Assembly: GCF_000315625.1 (NCBI RefSeq)
Contig: NW_005434651.1
Coordinates: forward strand, 251,051 to 315,050
DNA from: Guillardia theta CCMP2712
Lineage: Eukaryota; Protista; Cryptophyta
Reading direction: 5' to 3'
Length of the DNA: 64,000 bases
Both the position numbers and the translations under genes were made by a program. The notes beneath the pieces were generated by a model. It was not told the DNA's origin. It saw nothing but the letters and a program-made list of their open reading frames with translations, and ran no database searches. This document shows positions 1 to 12,535 of this stretch, one piece after another. Each line of letters starts with the position of its first letter. Position 1 is the first letter of the stretch.

Positions 1-1780
1 CACCCGCCAGTGCACTCGCAAGGGAAAGCGATTTGATTTCACCGTTTGAAACTCTTCCTTTCACCTCGAGCTCGTTCCCTGGAAAAGTGTATCCTCCTCC
101 TACCGCCCAGCTCCTGCAAGAGCCCAACAGGGACAAAACGGTCAGCTGACTAACTCAAGGGGAGCAAGCATCCTCACTTCTCTGAGGTATAGAGGGCGCC
201 TACTTTGGCGTTTCCGAGGGTTTTCTCCACTGCAAGAGTGTAAGGGACAGAGAAAGCGGATCTCAGCACGTTCCTGTCCATGTCCACACGTCCTTCAAGA
301 TGGGAACCTTGCAGCTATCTGCACACCCTTCCTTCAGGTCTGATCACGAGAGGTCGAGCGTAGACCTGCAACAGCCTTTGCGGGTCGGATTGACGAGAGC
401 ACCGAGGTGCAGAAGGTCATCGGGCCGTTGGAATCGCTGCTGTCCTCAGTATACTTCGTGCTCGACCCGGCGAACTCCTCCTCTTCGGGCAGCGGCTGCG
501 AAAGAGCGCACGATGAAGGCAGGGGGACGAAGAGAACACTCATGGAACCTCAGGGATCAGGATGTTGTCTACTGCATCCCATACTTTGTCCATGATGTGG
601 TTGAGAGAACCGTCCGATGTGATCATCAACCCGAGTCCATTGTACCTGGCCACGTCCATCATCGTCGTCGTTGTCGTCGTCGTCGTCATCATCATCATCA
701 TCATCATGAAGAACCATAACAACAATTTCATCGTCAATCGTCTTGTCCCATCCTCCGCATCATCATACGCACTTCACAGACGCCATGGAATTGCTCATGG
801 TCAAGTTGGGGCTCCGGGAAAACTCTCCATCGATCGAGGTGGAAAAGCCACATGTGAAATTCCCCTGGACAAAAGACATGGCAACATCCATCTGAGGCGA
901 AACGTGGTCAGTTCTTCAGAATGACATCATTCGATCGCAACCTTCTTGCTGAGGTAATCTTGCCATGGCTTTGCGCCATCGATCTGAGTGACATTCATCA
1001 TCGCAGACGCTGCCATGTCCACATGCCCGTGAGGGAGAGGGACCTGCTTGCCATCAGTTGACCTGCCGGAGGGGAAGCGAGAGGATCGGAAGCAGAGCAG
1101 AGGAGGAGGGGAGGAGCTAGGGAGCGAATTTTGCCCACCCTGGATTGCATCGACACACGATTGTAGATCGTGTTGTTGGTGCGAGAGTTGGGCACAGTCA
1201 TTCCCTGGTTGAAAAGTCAAGACCGACGTCGAGACAAGTTAAGCGGTGCCTGTATTCCCAACTTGTTGTCTCCAGCTGACAAGACAGCCTCTGCATACAG
1301 ACGATGTTGAGGATCCACGGTAGCAGACAGGGAGAGGGGCCCGAACTGTCTCTTCGATCCTACAACGCCGATGATCTCATTGTAAGCCTGGGCGACAAAC
1401 TCAGCCACACGTCCTCGCTCTTCCTATCATTATGCACTCTGCACACCTTGCGGGTGAAGGTGCTTGTAATGCTCGTTCCAGCGGCCTGCATCCTCAAGTC
1501 TCCTCTGATGGATCCCATGTCGAACCCGTCTTGGAGGACGGCAGGCGTGACGTCCTTGAAAGTCTTTGCTCATCGACATGAACAATCAGGGAGTTCATTG
1601 TTCTCACCAGGGGACAGAAGTGCTTCTTGCTTTCATCCTTGAGATGTACTGTCCAAGGTGGGTGAGAAACAATAAGCGTGACAGCAGCTTCATCCTACCT
1701 GGCTGGCACGTGGCGTGGCTTGATGCCTGCCCAAGGAGGCATGCCAGGCAAACGAGGATCGCGAGCAAGTTCTTCCTCAT
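1..1780 (-). CDS. Multi-exon secreted/targeted hypothetical protein (3' end runs off the window start)
   Basis: Signal-peptide-like MRKNLLAILVCLACLLGQASS from ATG ~1780. Coding segments (TFKDVTPAVLQDGFDMG..., AYNEIIGVVGSKRQFGPLSLSATVD..., GMTVPNSRTNNTIYNRVSMQSR, VEKTLGNAKVGALYT, SWAVGGGYTFPGNELE) are separated by short introns. No family recognised. Confidence 0.55.
657..707. repeat. Compound (CGT)n(CAT)n microsatellite, probably intronic
   Basis: Directly visible trinucleotide runs. Confidence 0.9.
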
Positions 1781-2876
1781 TTCTTCTCTTGCCAGCAAAG
1801 CCCTTGAGAAATGCAACCTGAGGCCACAACTCAGTGTTACAACACTGAAGCGCGATCTTTCTGACGGGGAGAACTATTTCCTTCCGCCTCCAGGCAATCA
1901 CCCCCGTGCCCTTCGATATCACATAACCAAGTTCAAGCAAGTGCATCGAACAATCAACAGGTCACGATCCTTCTGTCTCACACTCTCTTATCTGCATCTG
2001 CACAGATTATCTTGATGGATGAACAAACAATTTGCAATCTGCCTCTGATTGAGAAAGCAACATAGAATGGAAGGGCTAGGGCAGACTGAGTCCGGGCCCA
2101 GGTGGGGATCTGATGATGCATCAGGATCGGAAGGAGCAGGTCATGGCTGCAGGGGCAGGGCAGGGAGGTTGCATGAGATAGGCAAGCGAGGAGGAGGGAG
2201 GAGGGATGAGGGGGGGGGGGGGGGGGGAAGGAAGGGGGGCCGGGGCAGGGGATCCCAGATAAAAGAGAGGACCATTAGAGCAAACTGCATGGGGGGATCT
2301 TGGATTGGTGTTAGGGGGTAGGGGTCCCAAATCTGAGATGATGGAGGGGTACTTTAAAGGTTTTTTTCAAGGGTGGGGCTTTGAAAGTGTTCCTTGGGCC
2401 AGGGTTGTGGTGGTGGTGAAAACGGATCAGGGGACCGGGGTAGAGAACAGAGGAACTGTGTCATTCAGGAGGGTGGGGGTGGTACATCGAAGAGACGTAT
2501 TTTCGATCTTGTCTGTTGCAACGGTCCGAGGGACATTCAACCCCCTCCCTGTCACCCCCACCCCCCAAAGAAATTACCACCCACCTATTGCTAATTCTAC
2601 CCCCCCTAATTAGCAAGAAGAGGACTTAAAAACAAAAGAATACCTTCTGGTGTACGAACACCACCCCTCCAAATATCCCATCACCCATGCGACCTTCGGC
2701 TTCCACCCCTTATTGCGTAACTAAGTCCCCTCGTTCACCACCACCCCTACACGCTTCTCACCCCCACCACGCCTTTCACATGATTCTCACCCTACCTTTC
2801 CCACACACCACCCCTACCCCTTGCAGTGTAGTATGTAATCAGGCTACATTAACCGTCAAGCGCAGTTGACACATAA

Positions 2877-2949
2877 GCCCGGTTAGCTCAGTCGGCAGAG
2901 CGCAAGGCTCTTAACCTTGTGGTCGTGGGTTCGAGCCCCACATCGGGCG
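2877..2949 (+). tRNA. tRNA-Lys(CTT)
   Basis: 73-nt cloverleaf: GCCCGGT/ATCGGGC acceptor stem, GCTC/GAGC D-stem, CAAGG-CTCTTAA-CCTTG anticodon arm, GTGGG-TTCGAGC-CCCAC T-arm; T5 tract ~15 nt downstream. Confidence 0.97.
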
Positions 2950-4300
2950 AAGCTCCGACTGAACTTTTTGGTCACTGAGTCTCCCTTTTAACTAGTAAAG
3001 TTAGATTTCCGCCGCCGAGTCTTGCCCACCCGCCGGGTGACTGACAGTGGCATCATGATGCGGCCCTCCCGGACCGGCGGTGACGGTGGGGGGCACTGCG
3101 GCTCAGTCTTTTTTTGCCACCCTGCTCTAACTTGTGCGCCTGACTCTTGAAGTTCCGAGGTGCCCGGCGGCCATCATGACTGCCTCTCCTGGCTCAGTAG
3201 TACCGTGTCTGTAAACTTGACGGTTGAAACGGTTCGGCGACGCGCCGCCGGGCCCCGCACGGCGCGGCCCGGCTCGGACGTCACCGTCCGACGAGTCACA
3301 GTACGGTACACTGCCTTCGGATCCCATCTTCAACCGAACGGTTCGGCGGTTTCACTTGTCCGAGTGTCAACGGTCAGTAACGGGCCTTCGACGCCCGGCA
3401 GCAATTTCCGGTACCGTCGCACCCGGTCACCAGTGACCGACCGTAGTACGTCACTGCGGCGAGTCAGGCTCCGACTGAGGCTGCCGAACTTCGGAACTTA
3501 TCGGAACCGGTGGCCCAGTGCATGACTTTGCCAACGGTCAGTTGTTCGAGGCACTGAGGCGGCCCCGTTCAGTCTCAGTACGGTCACGGTCACTGACCGT
3601 CGACACTGAGTGGCCGGTGTCACTCGGACTCGCTGAGTAAATGCGCGCAATCTGTTACTTAGTCACCGTGGCCGGGCAGTACGGTAGTAGAGGCCCCAGT
3701 GGCCAAACATGATCGGATGATCGCCGGTCAAACTGCCTTCCGAGATATTCGACCTGCAAGAGAGCACACTGGCATGCCGTCTCTACTCCACTGATCAGTG
3801 ACCGAGATATACTATGAGCCTACTTGGGATTCAAGGCCGCGCCCGCTGCAGCGCCGGTACCGGGCCCGGTATCATAGTATGAAAAATCCGGGCCAGGATT
3901 CTTGATTAGCGGTTATTATGACCGGTACTTTTGACTGCCCTTATACAGGTACTTGCCCTCGCACAGAAGCACCCTTTTACGGTAGTACCCCCCGGTGATT
4001 ATCATTCGGATTGATAGGGGGTGGGGTATTTGACTCGGAAAGGCTTATGATGGCATGGGCCGCCCGGTACTGTAACTGAACCGTTGAACCTGAGCCTGAG
4101 TGATCGCTGAGTGATACGTGTTCCGAAGTTCCTTGGAAGAGAAACTTCCGGAAGTTCAGATGCCCCCGTAATCGTCAGACCAAAAAAGACTGAGCAGTGA
4201 CGGTGGCCGGGGGCCCACCGCACTGTCACTGACCCGGCGGAATCTAACTTTAAAAAACTTGAAAGGGAGACTCAGTGACAAAAAAGTTCAGTCGGAGCTT

Positions 4301-4373
4301 CGCCCGATGTGGGGCTCGAACCCACGACCACAAGGTTAAGAGCCTTGCGCTCTGCCGACTGAGCTAACCGGGC
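4301..4373 (-). tRNA. tRNA-Lys(CTT), identical inverted copy
   Basis: Reverse complement of 2877-2949; T6 tract downstream on the minus strand. Confidence 0.97.
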
Positions 4374-4780
4374 TTATGTGTCAACTGCGCTTGACGGTTA
4401 ATGTAGCCTGATTACATACTACACTGCAAGGGGTAGGGGTGGTTTGTGGGAAAGGTAGGGTGAGAATTATGTGAAAGGCGTGGTGGGGGTGAGAAGCGTG
4501 TAGGGGTGGTGGTGAACGAGGGTGAACTTTGTTTAGGAAATGAGGAGGGGTGGGGTAAAGGGGAACTCTACAGCAATGGGGGTAGTAGATCAGGTCTCAG
4601 ACAAGGTGGGGTGAAACAATGAAGTTTGGGGGGTGGGGGGGTGGTCCTCTAAGGAAACCTCAAAATGCTCTCGATCTCCTTCTAACAACCTCCTCCTCTC
4701 CACACACGACTCCCTCCATGTTGAAACTGACCAGATTCCCAAGGGATGGTGGGCCAGGACGTTTGAGCTCGATATGGGTC

Positions 4781-5767
4781 CTACTGCTGTAATATTTGTA
4801 GATCAGACAGATAAATCGAAGGTCCAGACGTTCCCGAATCTGCTCCCCTTCCCCCAAAGAATGTCCGCATGTCCAGCAGATTCAGCTGATACAGGGGATC
4901 GGCCCTCGCCGGTAAACTAAAGACATCCCGTGAACAATGCACATGATTGACAAAAGCATCGATGGTGATGCGCATGAACTCCTTTCGAACACTTCCTTCT
5001 TCATCCTTACACGACTGAATGCCAAGACGTATTGAAAGCCTCGTCCAGACATCCCTGACGATGCTGACTGACAGCAGTCTAGTGCTCTGCACCGAGACTT
5101 CTTTATCGCCTGTCCGCAGAGGTTTGTGGAAACACTTGAGAACAAAGTTTGAGTTGCTGGTCCACCTCCAAAAGCTCCCCAGAATCTCCTCGCCCAGGGA
5201 AAAGCCAGGCAGTCGGCCTCCCTTCTCCCCGCACTGAAACCCTGCGGGAAACAGGACCTGGTACTGAAGGACGAAGTCATGTGGGAGGAGGGGGAGGCGG
5301 AAGAAACTATTGAGGCCGCCTGAGCTTGTGCTGCTGCCCCGGGTCATGCGCGGGGCAAGAGAGACCTTGAGTGCCATGGCCGACTCAGTCCCCAGGCTGT
5401 CATGGACCCCCTGAACAAGCGTGACGTTGCCAGCGTCAACTTTGACATCCGAGTCCCAGCTGGCAAACAGCTGGTGCAAGGTTGGGGTGTCGTCGAGCGA
5501 CGGAAAGCCTTGCCAGATCACTTTCCCGGTCCTTCTCAACTCGTCCATCCCTTGACCTTCCACCTCACTTGCAGTCTCAGAGCCCCTGCTGCTCATCTTC
5601 GAGCGATCCGCCAGCCCGTAGGAAGCGGCGAAGAAAAACTCCTCCTCCTCTGTCATCTCGACTCTTCGCTTGCTAGTGCTGGGCGTGTGAGGCATCGAGA
5701 GGAAGAACCCGCCAGTGAAAACCGACCAGCGCAGAGCCTCGCGGGAGAGTCGCCTGTGGTCAATATT

Positions 5768-5813
<46 letters not shown>

Positions 5814-8091
5814 TCTCACCTGAAAGCCGAGACCTTATCAGCGTACGGATGTCGAAATCGCGTGTCATAGAGCGGAGGGTTCAGCGCTTGCATGACTCGG
5901 GTGGAGACTACGACGTAGGGCTCGAAGCCGTCCTCGTACTCGATGTCATAGGAGGAGAGGTGGTCTGGGTGGAACAGCTGCACCCACTTTTCAAAGTCAG
6001 TCGCTCCATGGCCTTCCCTGTAATGGTCCAAATGGAAGCCGCGGATTTTGCTGGCATGCATTAGAGCCGCCATCTCTCCCCTCGCTGCTCTCAGAATGCT
6101 GCTGACGTCAGACACCCTAGAGGCCTCGAACGTTGGGACCACCAAGACAGTCAGCTCGTCCTTTTGGGAGCTCGAAAGGAACTTGTCTAGCCTCCTTGCA
6201 AGGCTATGGGAAGGGAGCAGGTCCGCGTCCACCAGCAGACTCCACTTCGTCTCCACCACCGCCAGCCCAACCTGCGCGTTCCAACTCAGTCACCATGGGG
6301 ACATTCTTCCTGCTAACCGATCGCACGAGGTTGGACGGATAGCGGCCCCGCGTCAGTGCAGAGAGCGAATTGCGGTCCATTGCCAGAGTGACAATCCGCA
6401 GCTGCCCCTGACATCCTACGAGGCTCAAGGATACCAGCCATCTCGCACAGCAGGCAAGAAAGCGTCCTATGAAACCGTCGGGAACGAGGATGGACAGGAC
6501 GGCGTTGTCGTTCCAGTGCCTGAGCTGTCGGATCGCACCGACAAGGTGGGAGAGTGAGCAGTGGGAGACAGCTGTGATAGCCCTGCTGCTCAACTTGCCG
6601 TAGGTTGTCAGCTGCTGGGAGTGATGCTGGACAAGCTCGTACTGGTGTGTAAAGAAGAAAATGTTCCGAAGTACCCTCCCAGTGCTCCGATGGAGAATGT
6701 CAAAGAAAGGAGTTGCTGTGCGAGTCAGTTTCCTTGTCATCATGGCGTGTAGGGAAGCTCTCGAGTGCTGGTACACCTTGAAAGAAGCCGTCAGGGCTGC
6801 GATGATACTTTCTCCTCTTCACCTTTTGGTCTCGCCAGAGCCCAAGTGGTCCAGGTAAACCTTGACCGCAATACTTGTCGAATTGAGGGCAATAGCAACA
6901 AGTGCGAGAGAAAGGATCGTTCCTAACGATTTCCGCCAACTTCATGTCGAGATGTTTGATTTGCTCCAGCCTTGAGTTATTCTCCCTGTCGTAGAACTCC
7001 TGAGCATCCCTCGACAACTCATGCTCTTGGTGCACGACGTACGCTTTGAAGCAGACCTGCGCACCTTCAATCAGGAAACGGCAGCGAAGGCTCGCGAGCC
7101 AAACACCCGGAAATGAAACCCTTGCACCGCCATCCGTCGAATGTGCGACACTTTGTTCCTACATCATCATCATCATCTCTTGCTCAACAACAATCACCGT
7201 CATCTCACCTCCCGTAGCCCTCGTACCTCTCATCGTACGCGGGAACCATCCACCTGCTGCAGTACTCAGCGGAGGGAGCGAGGAAGAGAAGGAAGCTCTG
7301 CCTCGAGACTATCACGTAGGGCTCAAATCCTTCCTCGTACTCTATCATGTATCCTGCCTTCCATGTCAGTGTGTACTTCAACGTTCGCTCACATTCCCGC
7401 CATTCTCCAATCTACCTTCGATCGACTCGCACGCTGTCCATAGCTCCCTCACTCGTTCTGCCGCGTGTCCTGTGGGAAACTTTTCTGTCTGGAATCCTAT
7501 CACCCGAGTTTTCTCAAGATCCTCCTCGTGCAGAAGCTTCTTTGCCATCTCATAGTCTCCTAGCACATCCTCAAGACTGATCGCCTCGCCTCCCCCCTTC
7601 TTCAGCTCCAGCGCAGGTACCACGATGGCGTTTCGCTCGACACAGCACCACCTCCACAGCAGCATCAAGATGTCTTCTTGCTGCAGCAGGGCAGAGAAGG
7701 TGACCGAAGGCAGCTGGTCCACGTCGCACAGGAACACAAGGTCGGTGCCGGCATGCGCGAGAGCGATGTTGCGCATGGCGTTGATGGGATACCGTTCGAA
7801 GTGAAGCTCGTCCTCCCAGACTGCAACGATCTGAGTGATGTCATGGCTACTCTGCTGCAGCTCCTGCACGCCCTCGTGGAACTCAGAGGACTGCGAGCTC
7901 GGAACCAGGACAGCAGCTACACAAGGGCCTGCCCACCGGGGCCGCAAGACCAGGAGGGAGGAGAACTTGTTCCAGCTGAGCTGGGTGACTAGAGTCACTC
8001 CCTTCCTCTGCTCTTCCTCTTCACTCTCCTCCTCCTCCCCCGCCTCCTTCTCCTCCTTCCTCCGCCCTTTCTCCTTTCCGGATCCAACCAT
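4781..8091 (-). CDS. Fusion protein: GT49 (LARGE/B4GAT1-like) + second GT49 + PL14-like polysaccharide lyase domain; 5' end unresolved, probably upstream of 8091
   Basis: GT49 motifs occur twice (VTLVTQLS..W.GP, YPINAMRN, CDVD, IEYEEGFEPY, PAYDERY; ITAVSHCS..W, YPSNLVR, VDAD, IEYEDGFEPY, PLYDTRF). PL14-like motifs: YQVLFPAGF...GGRLPG, WTRL, TFFGG, IYLSDL. ORFs join in frame across short introns (e.g. 5754-5819, 7254-7301). Confidence 0.8.
5771..5812. repeat. (CAG)14 microsatellite inside the 5754-5819 intron
   Basis: Direct. Confidence 0.95.
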
Positions 8092-8715
8092 TGCCCACGG
8101 TCTATCAAGTACCCACCCCAGAATCTAAAACAGGTAGGAATAACGAGGTAGGGTGGTGAGATGCGAATCGATAATGGCGAAGAGGGCGGAGGACGGGGAC
8201 GGGGAGGAGGGGGAGGGGGAGGCTGCAAGGGAGCGAGGAAGCTAGGAAGAGCTGGTTAACAAGTGGCATACCCATCATGTTGGTTGATGTTGTGCGAGGA
8301 AAGTCTGCTGAAAGTGCTTCATCGCTCAGAGGCCTCTAGCAACACGTTCGAGGCAGGAGAAGTGAATGTCGAGCTGGTCGAACCCTCTGATGTCTGATGC
8401 CCTCCTTGCCGTCTCCGCGTCCTCATTCTCTTTGTGAGAACCTCTAGAACATAAAGAGCAGCTGAGGAGCAGCTGAGGAGGGTAGGTGCAGTCGAGGGCT
8501 CGGCCTGGAGATTTTGGAGGCCGCACGTGCGGTCCAGCAAAGGAGGAGAATCTGATGTGATACAAATGAGACTGTGGTGACGTGCTAACGATACTCTTCC
8601 TATTCCCCTCCCTCCTCTCTTCTCATCTGCCTCCCTCCTCTCTCCCCTATCCCTCCCTCCCTCCCTTCCCCCGCTCCCCCTTTCCCTTCCCTTTCCCGTT
8701 TCTCCATGCAGGGCC

Positions 8716-10041
8716 ATGGCGGAGATCGGACACCATGCGGAGTTCGGGGCGTCTCACTCCTCCTACTACACCAAAGCAGAGGCAAAGGAGCACTACCCTA
8801 GCCTCGACGAAGTGCTCGGGAAGAAGATCGAGGACGAGGACGTAAGGGAGCTGACCAAGGAGCTGCTGGAGGCTTCCTCGAGAGTAGGAGACGCTCTCCG
8901 TGTGAACCTGGCGACTGTCGCTGCATCGCAGAACTCTGTGTTTGGCGATGTCCAGCTGGCGCTAGATGTCATAGCGGACAACATTCTGTGGGAGGCAGCC
9001 AAGGCATGCAAGCTGATCAAGGAGGCGGCGTCTGAGGAGGAGCCGAAGCTCGTGGAGACCAACCCCAACGGCAGGTTCACCGTCTGCTGGGACCCACTCG
9101 ACGGCTCCTCCATCGTCGACAATAACTGGGCGGTAGGGACGATCATCGGTAAGCGAGCAGAGCTTGCTGGGGTTGCGCCAGTAACGTCAGCGGATCAGGC
9201 GTGTGGGACAAGACGACAGGAATGCTGGGAGCGACGGGAAGGGATCAGATCACGGCGATGGTGGTCATGTACGGGCCGCGAACGACGGCTCTGATAGCGT
9301 GCGACGACGGAGTATACGAGTTTACTTGTATCACTGAAGATAGGTGGATAGCGTCAAAGGAGAAGATCAGGATCAACAAGGTTCGACGTTGATGTTGTTG
9401 GTGGTGATTGCGACCGTGATGGTGATGGTGATAACAACGAACATCAACATGAACATGAGGGGAGCAGGTGAAGAGAAGGATGTCCAGGAGTAGGAGGAGG
9501 GAAAGAAAAGTGGTCGAGATGATATGGACCATAGTGATGAAAGCCTTCAAGACAGCAACAGCAGCAAGGTTTTGTCTCTTTTCCCTCTGTTCTGACTCTC
9601 TTGCTTCAGGAGTCCAAGATCTTTTCACCAGCCAACCTCCGAGCCTGCGCCGATCTTGAAGGATATGAAAAGCTCGTCAGTTACTGGATGCACAACAGAT
9701 ACACTCTTAGGTACACTGGTGGACTCGTGCCCGACGTCTACCAGCAGTTCACCAAGGAGATGGGAATTTTCACCAACCCGAGCACGCCCAAGTCCCCAGC
9801 AAAGCTCCGACTCGCCTTTGAGGTGGCTCCGTACGCCTTCCTTGTGGAGAAGGCGGGAGGTTGCTCCTCCGACGGCGTCACCGGCAACTCCCTGCTGGAC
9901 TCCAAGATCGAGGCCGTTGATCAGGTTAGGAGACTTGACGCTAACCGGCACTGAGCGCCATGGCAGAGGACGGCAGCGTGCTTCGGATCAGAGGTGGAGG
10001 TGAAGAGATTCAACGAGATGGTATTGGGCAAGACAAGGTGA
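8716..10041 (+). CDS. SBP: Sedoheptulose-1,7-bisphosphatase (FBPase class I family), 4 exons
   Basis: Motifs FGDVQLALDVIAD, ASEE, WDPLDGSSIVDNNWAVGTI, YGPRTT, FSPANLRA, YTLRYTGGLVPDV, KLRLAFEVAP. Introns 9149-9198, 9381-9609, 9925-9966; stop TGA 10039-10041. Confidence 0.9.
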
Positions 10042-10237
10042 ACACCCGAATGAGATCGGGTCCGGTAGAGGACTTGTTGGACTTGTCGACGTTTGGAGTG
10101 CGGGCGTGTAAGCCTTGTGGAGTGAGAGAATTTTAAAAACTCATAGGCGTGTATATGCAAGGCGAAAACAAAGAAAAACTAAATGCACAACGAATCAAAG
10201 AATACAAAAAACGTGGAGGCTGCCGAGCCGAGCGTTA

Positions 10238-12162
10238 TCAACTAGCCTTCTCCCCGAAGCCGCACCATTGTACCTGCAGGCTGTACTGCTTCGCCTTTTC
10301 TACATCCATGTTCCCTGACACCGAGCTGAGCATCAGCTTGGTCGTGAAGCCCTTGACTGACGGGTCGTACACGGAGGTTACCCCTCCCATCTCGAAGAGC
10401 TTGCCTGTGCCCCTGAGGCTCGTAAGGTAGACGGGGGCCGGGCTGGCTTTGAAGTTGCACGATGACGTGTCGACGTACTCGTAGACGAGGTTGGTCGAGT
10501 CCGACTTCCACTGGCCCTCCGATATCCCGCAGCAGGCCCTCGCCGCGTTGCTCGCTACCGAGCTCCCCGACACCAGTCGTACTCCCGTGCAAGGGTACTC
10601 GGCCGCCGTGATCTCCTTGCGGTTGATGAGCATGTCTCCGGTCGGGAACACGGACCCGATCCCGCACCATCCCAGCTGCCAGTTGTTCGCTCGGGCATTT
10701 GCCTTGGTGACGGTGTCAAGGTACGAGCTCAGGCCCCCGATCATGGAGCGGAACGAGTTCTTAGGAAGGTCGGATCCCGGGTAGATGGAGGCGGTGCCGA
10801 CCGTGTCCTGCACGGCGCCCATGCCGCTCAGCGTACTGAAGTACTGTGGGCTCCCTCCGAACTGACAAGCCTTCGTGTTGATGTTGACTTGGATGCTTCT
10901 CCCTGCGTTGTCGTTGGACCAGTCATTGGGGGAGGTCAGCCCGCAGCAAAGCCCGACTTCCTGAGGCCCAGTGGACTCGCCCACGCCGCACCACTGCACC
11001 TTGACCTGGTTGGAGTTGACCTCCCACGCCTGTCGGGTCTTCGCCGGCGCCATCACGTACATACGAAAGCTGTCCTTCTTCGAGTCGTGGATGCTGCCCA
11101 CCCCGGCAAACCCGCCGATCAAGCTGTTGCCAAACACGCTGGTGAAGTACATCACATCGTCATTGAGGAACTTGCACCGGTCTGTGTTGACGTCGATGAG
11201 CGTGCCGTATGTCTTGAAGTCTTCCCATGCCACATTAGATGTGCCGCAGCACACGTGTTTCTTCGATTCCTCTCGGATCCCGGGACACATGTTAGCGCTG
11301 ATCACGTCGGTGTCCTTGCCTGCGGGACCCTGGGCACCCCTGGCTCCGATGTCACCCGGGGCTCCTGCATTACCGGGAGGACCAGGGGGTCCTCGTGCAC
11401 CAGGGGGGCCCTTGGGTCCAGGAAGGCCTCGAGTACCAGGGGTGCCAGGATCTCCCGGAGGTCCTCTGGGAGATTGCCCTCTGGGTCCCGGGTTTCCTCG
11501 TTGACCTGGAAGACCAGCCATACCATTCTCTCCTGGATATCCTGGGGGTCCATTGTCTCCTTTCTGTCCTGGTTCGCCGACGAGACCTCGCGGGCCCGGA
11601 GGTCCCTGGATGCCGGGGACGCCGGTCCTGCCTCGATCTCCCTGGTCGCCAGGTAGCCCAGGGAGGCCCATGGGGCCCATGTCGCCAGGAACTCCTGGTT
11701 CTTGGTTAGTTCATATTATGAAAACGGGAATGTGGCTCACCGGAGTTTCCCGTCACACCATATCTTCCAACGGCTCCTGTCAGCCCTTGTGGGCCAGGCG
11801 CACCAGGTGGTCCTCGTATACCCCTTGGTCCCAACCTTCCAGGTTCACCCGGCAGAACAGTTGTGGAGATCGGTACTGGCTCGTCCAATTTCCTCATAAA
11901 TGCTTTTTGCATCTTGGCCAACTTGATCAACCTCTTCTTGAGTTGCTGAACTGAGCATCATGTTATTCACTCTTAACACCAACGCAATGCCAGGATTACC
12001 TTTCGCCACCAAGCTTGAAGACATATCATCATCGGTTTCGGCAAAGAAAGGAGAATAATCATCGATGCGATTAGAGTGCGTCATGTCAAGTGACTTTTCC
12101 ACGCCATATATTGCCTGGGGATCAAATGACTGATCCAGTACTGTAACAAAGCTATTAGCCAT
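10238..12162 (-). CDS. Collagen-domain protein with three C-terminal Cys-rich (H-type-lectin-like) repeats, copy A; first exon unresolved upstream of 12162
   Basis: About 50 G-X-Y triplets, then 3x CCG..W..VxTxxCxF..YxTSLxG..G..SIY..F..WCGxG; N-terminal exons paralogous to copy B. Confidence 0.85.
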
Positions 12163-12384
12163 CTGAAAGAAAATAGACCAAGTAAACCAGGTGTTTGTTG
12201 TGATCCGTTAAGCTTGAATCTCCAAACCACGAAAATTGCGAAGAGGACGGAAGCTGCATAAGATTATAAGCATGCCTTATTGAAATCCAAGATTGCTAAT
12301 TGCGTTCCTTCGCGTCTCCTCCTTTCATCTAAATAAACCGTCGCCTCTCTCGCGCTACTAATACTATCCCTTTTTTTTCTCTCT

Positions 12385-12535
12385 CCGCCCTCCCCTCCCC
12401 TCCCCTCTCCTCTTCGCAATCTCCTCTCCTCTCCTCTTCGCCCTCTCCTCTCCTCTCCGCTCCGCTCCCCTCCCCTCCCCTCCCCTCCCCTCCTCTCCCC
12501 TCCTCTCCCCTCCTCTCCTCTCCTATCTCTCACCT
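12385..12535. repeat. CT-rich pentamer low-complexity tract between the divergent collagen genes
   Basis: (CCCCT/CTCCT)n. Confidence 0.85.

Larger units (their letters stand above)
2728..4522. repeat. Inverted repeat, arms ~2728-3021 and ~4231-4522, each carrying a tRNA-Lys; ~1.2 kb spacer
   Basis: Arms are reverse complements with a few mismatches, including ~150 bp upstream of each tRNA. Confidence 0.92.

Noticed and set aside
1620-1645. ESKKHFC in gene 1 resembling ESKKHVCC in the collagen proteins
   Set aside because: Too short, with no flanking similarity; likely chance
3127-3525. R/P/G/V/T-rich ORFs in the GC islands (also near 20552, 47482, 50030-50920)
   Set aside because: Composition mirrors the DNA motifs; no domain or splice structure
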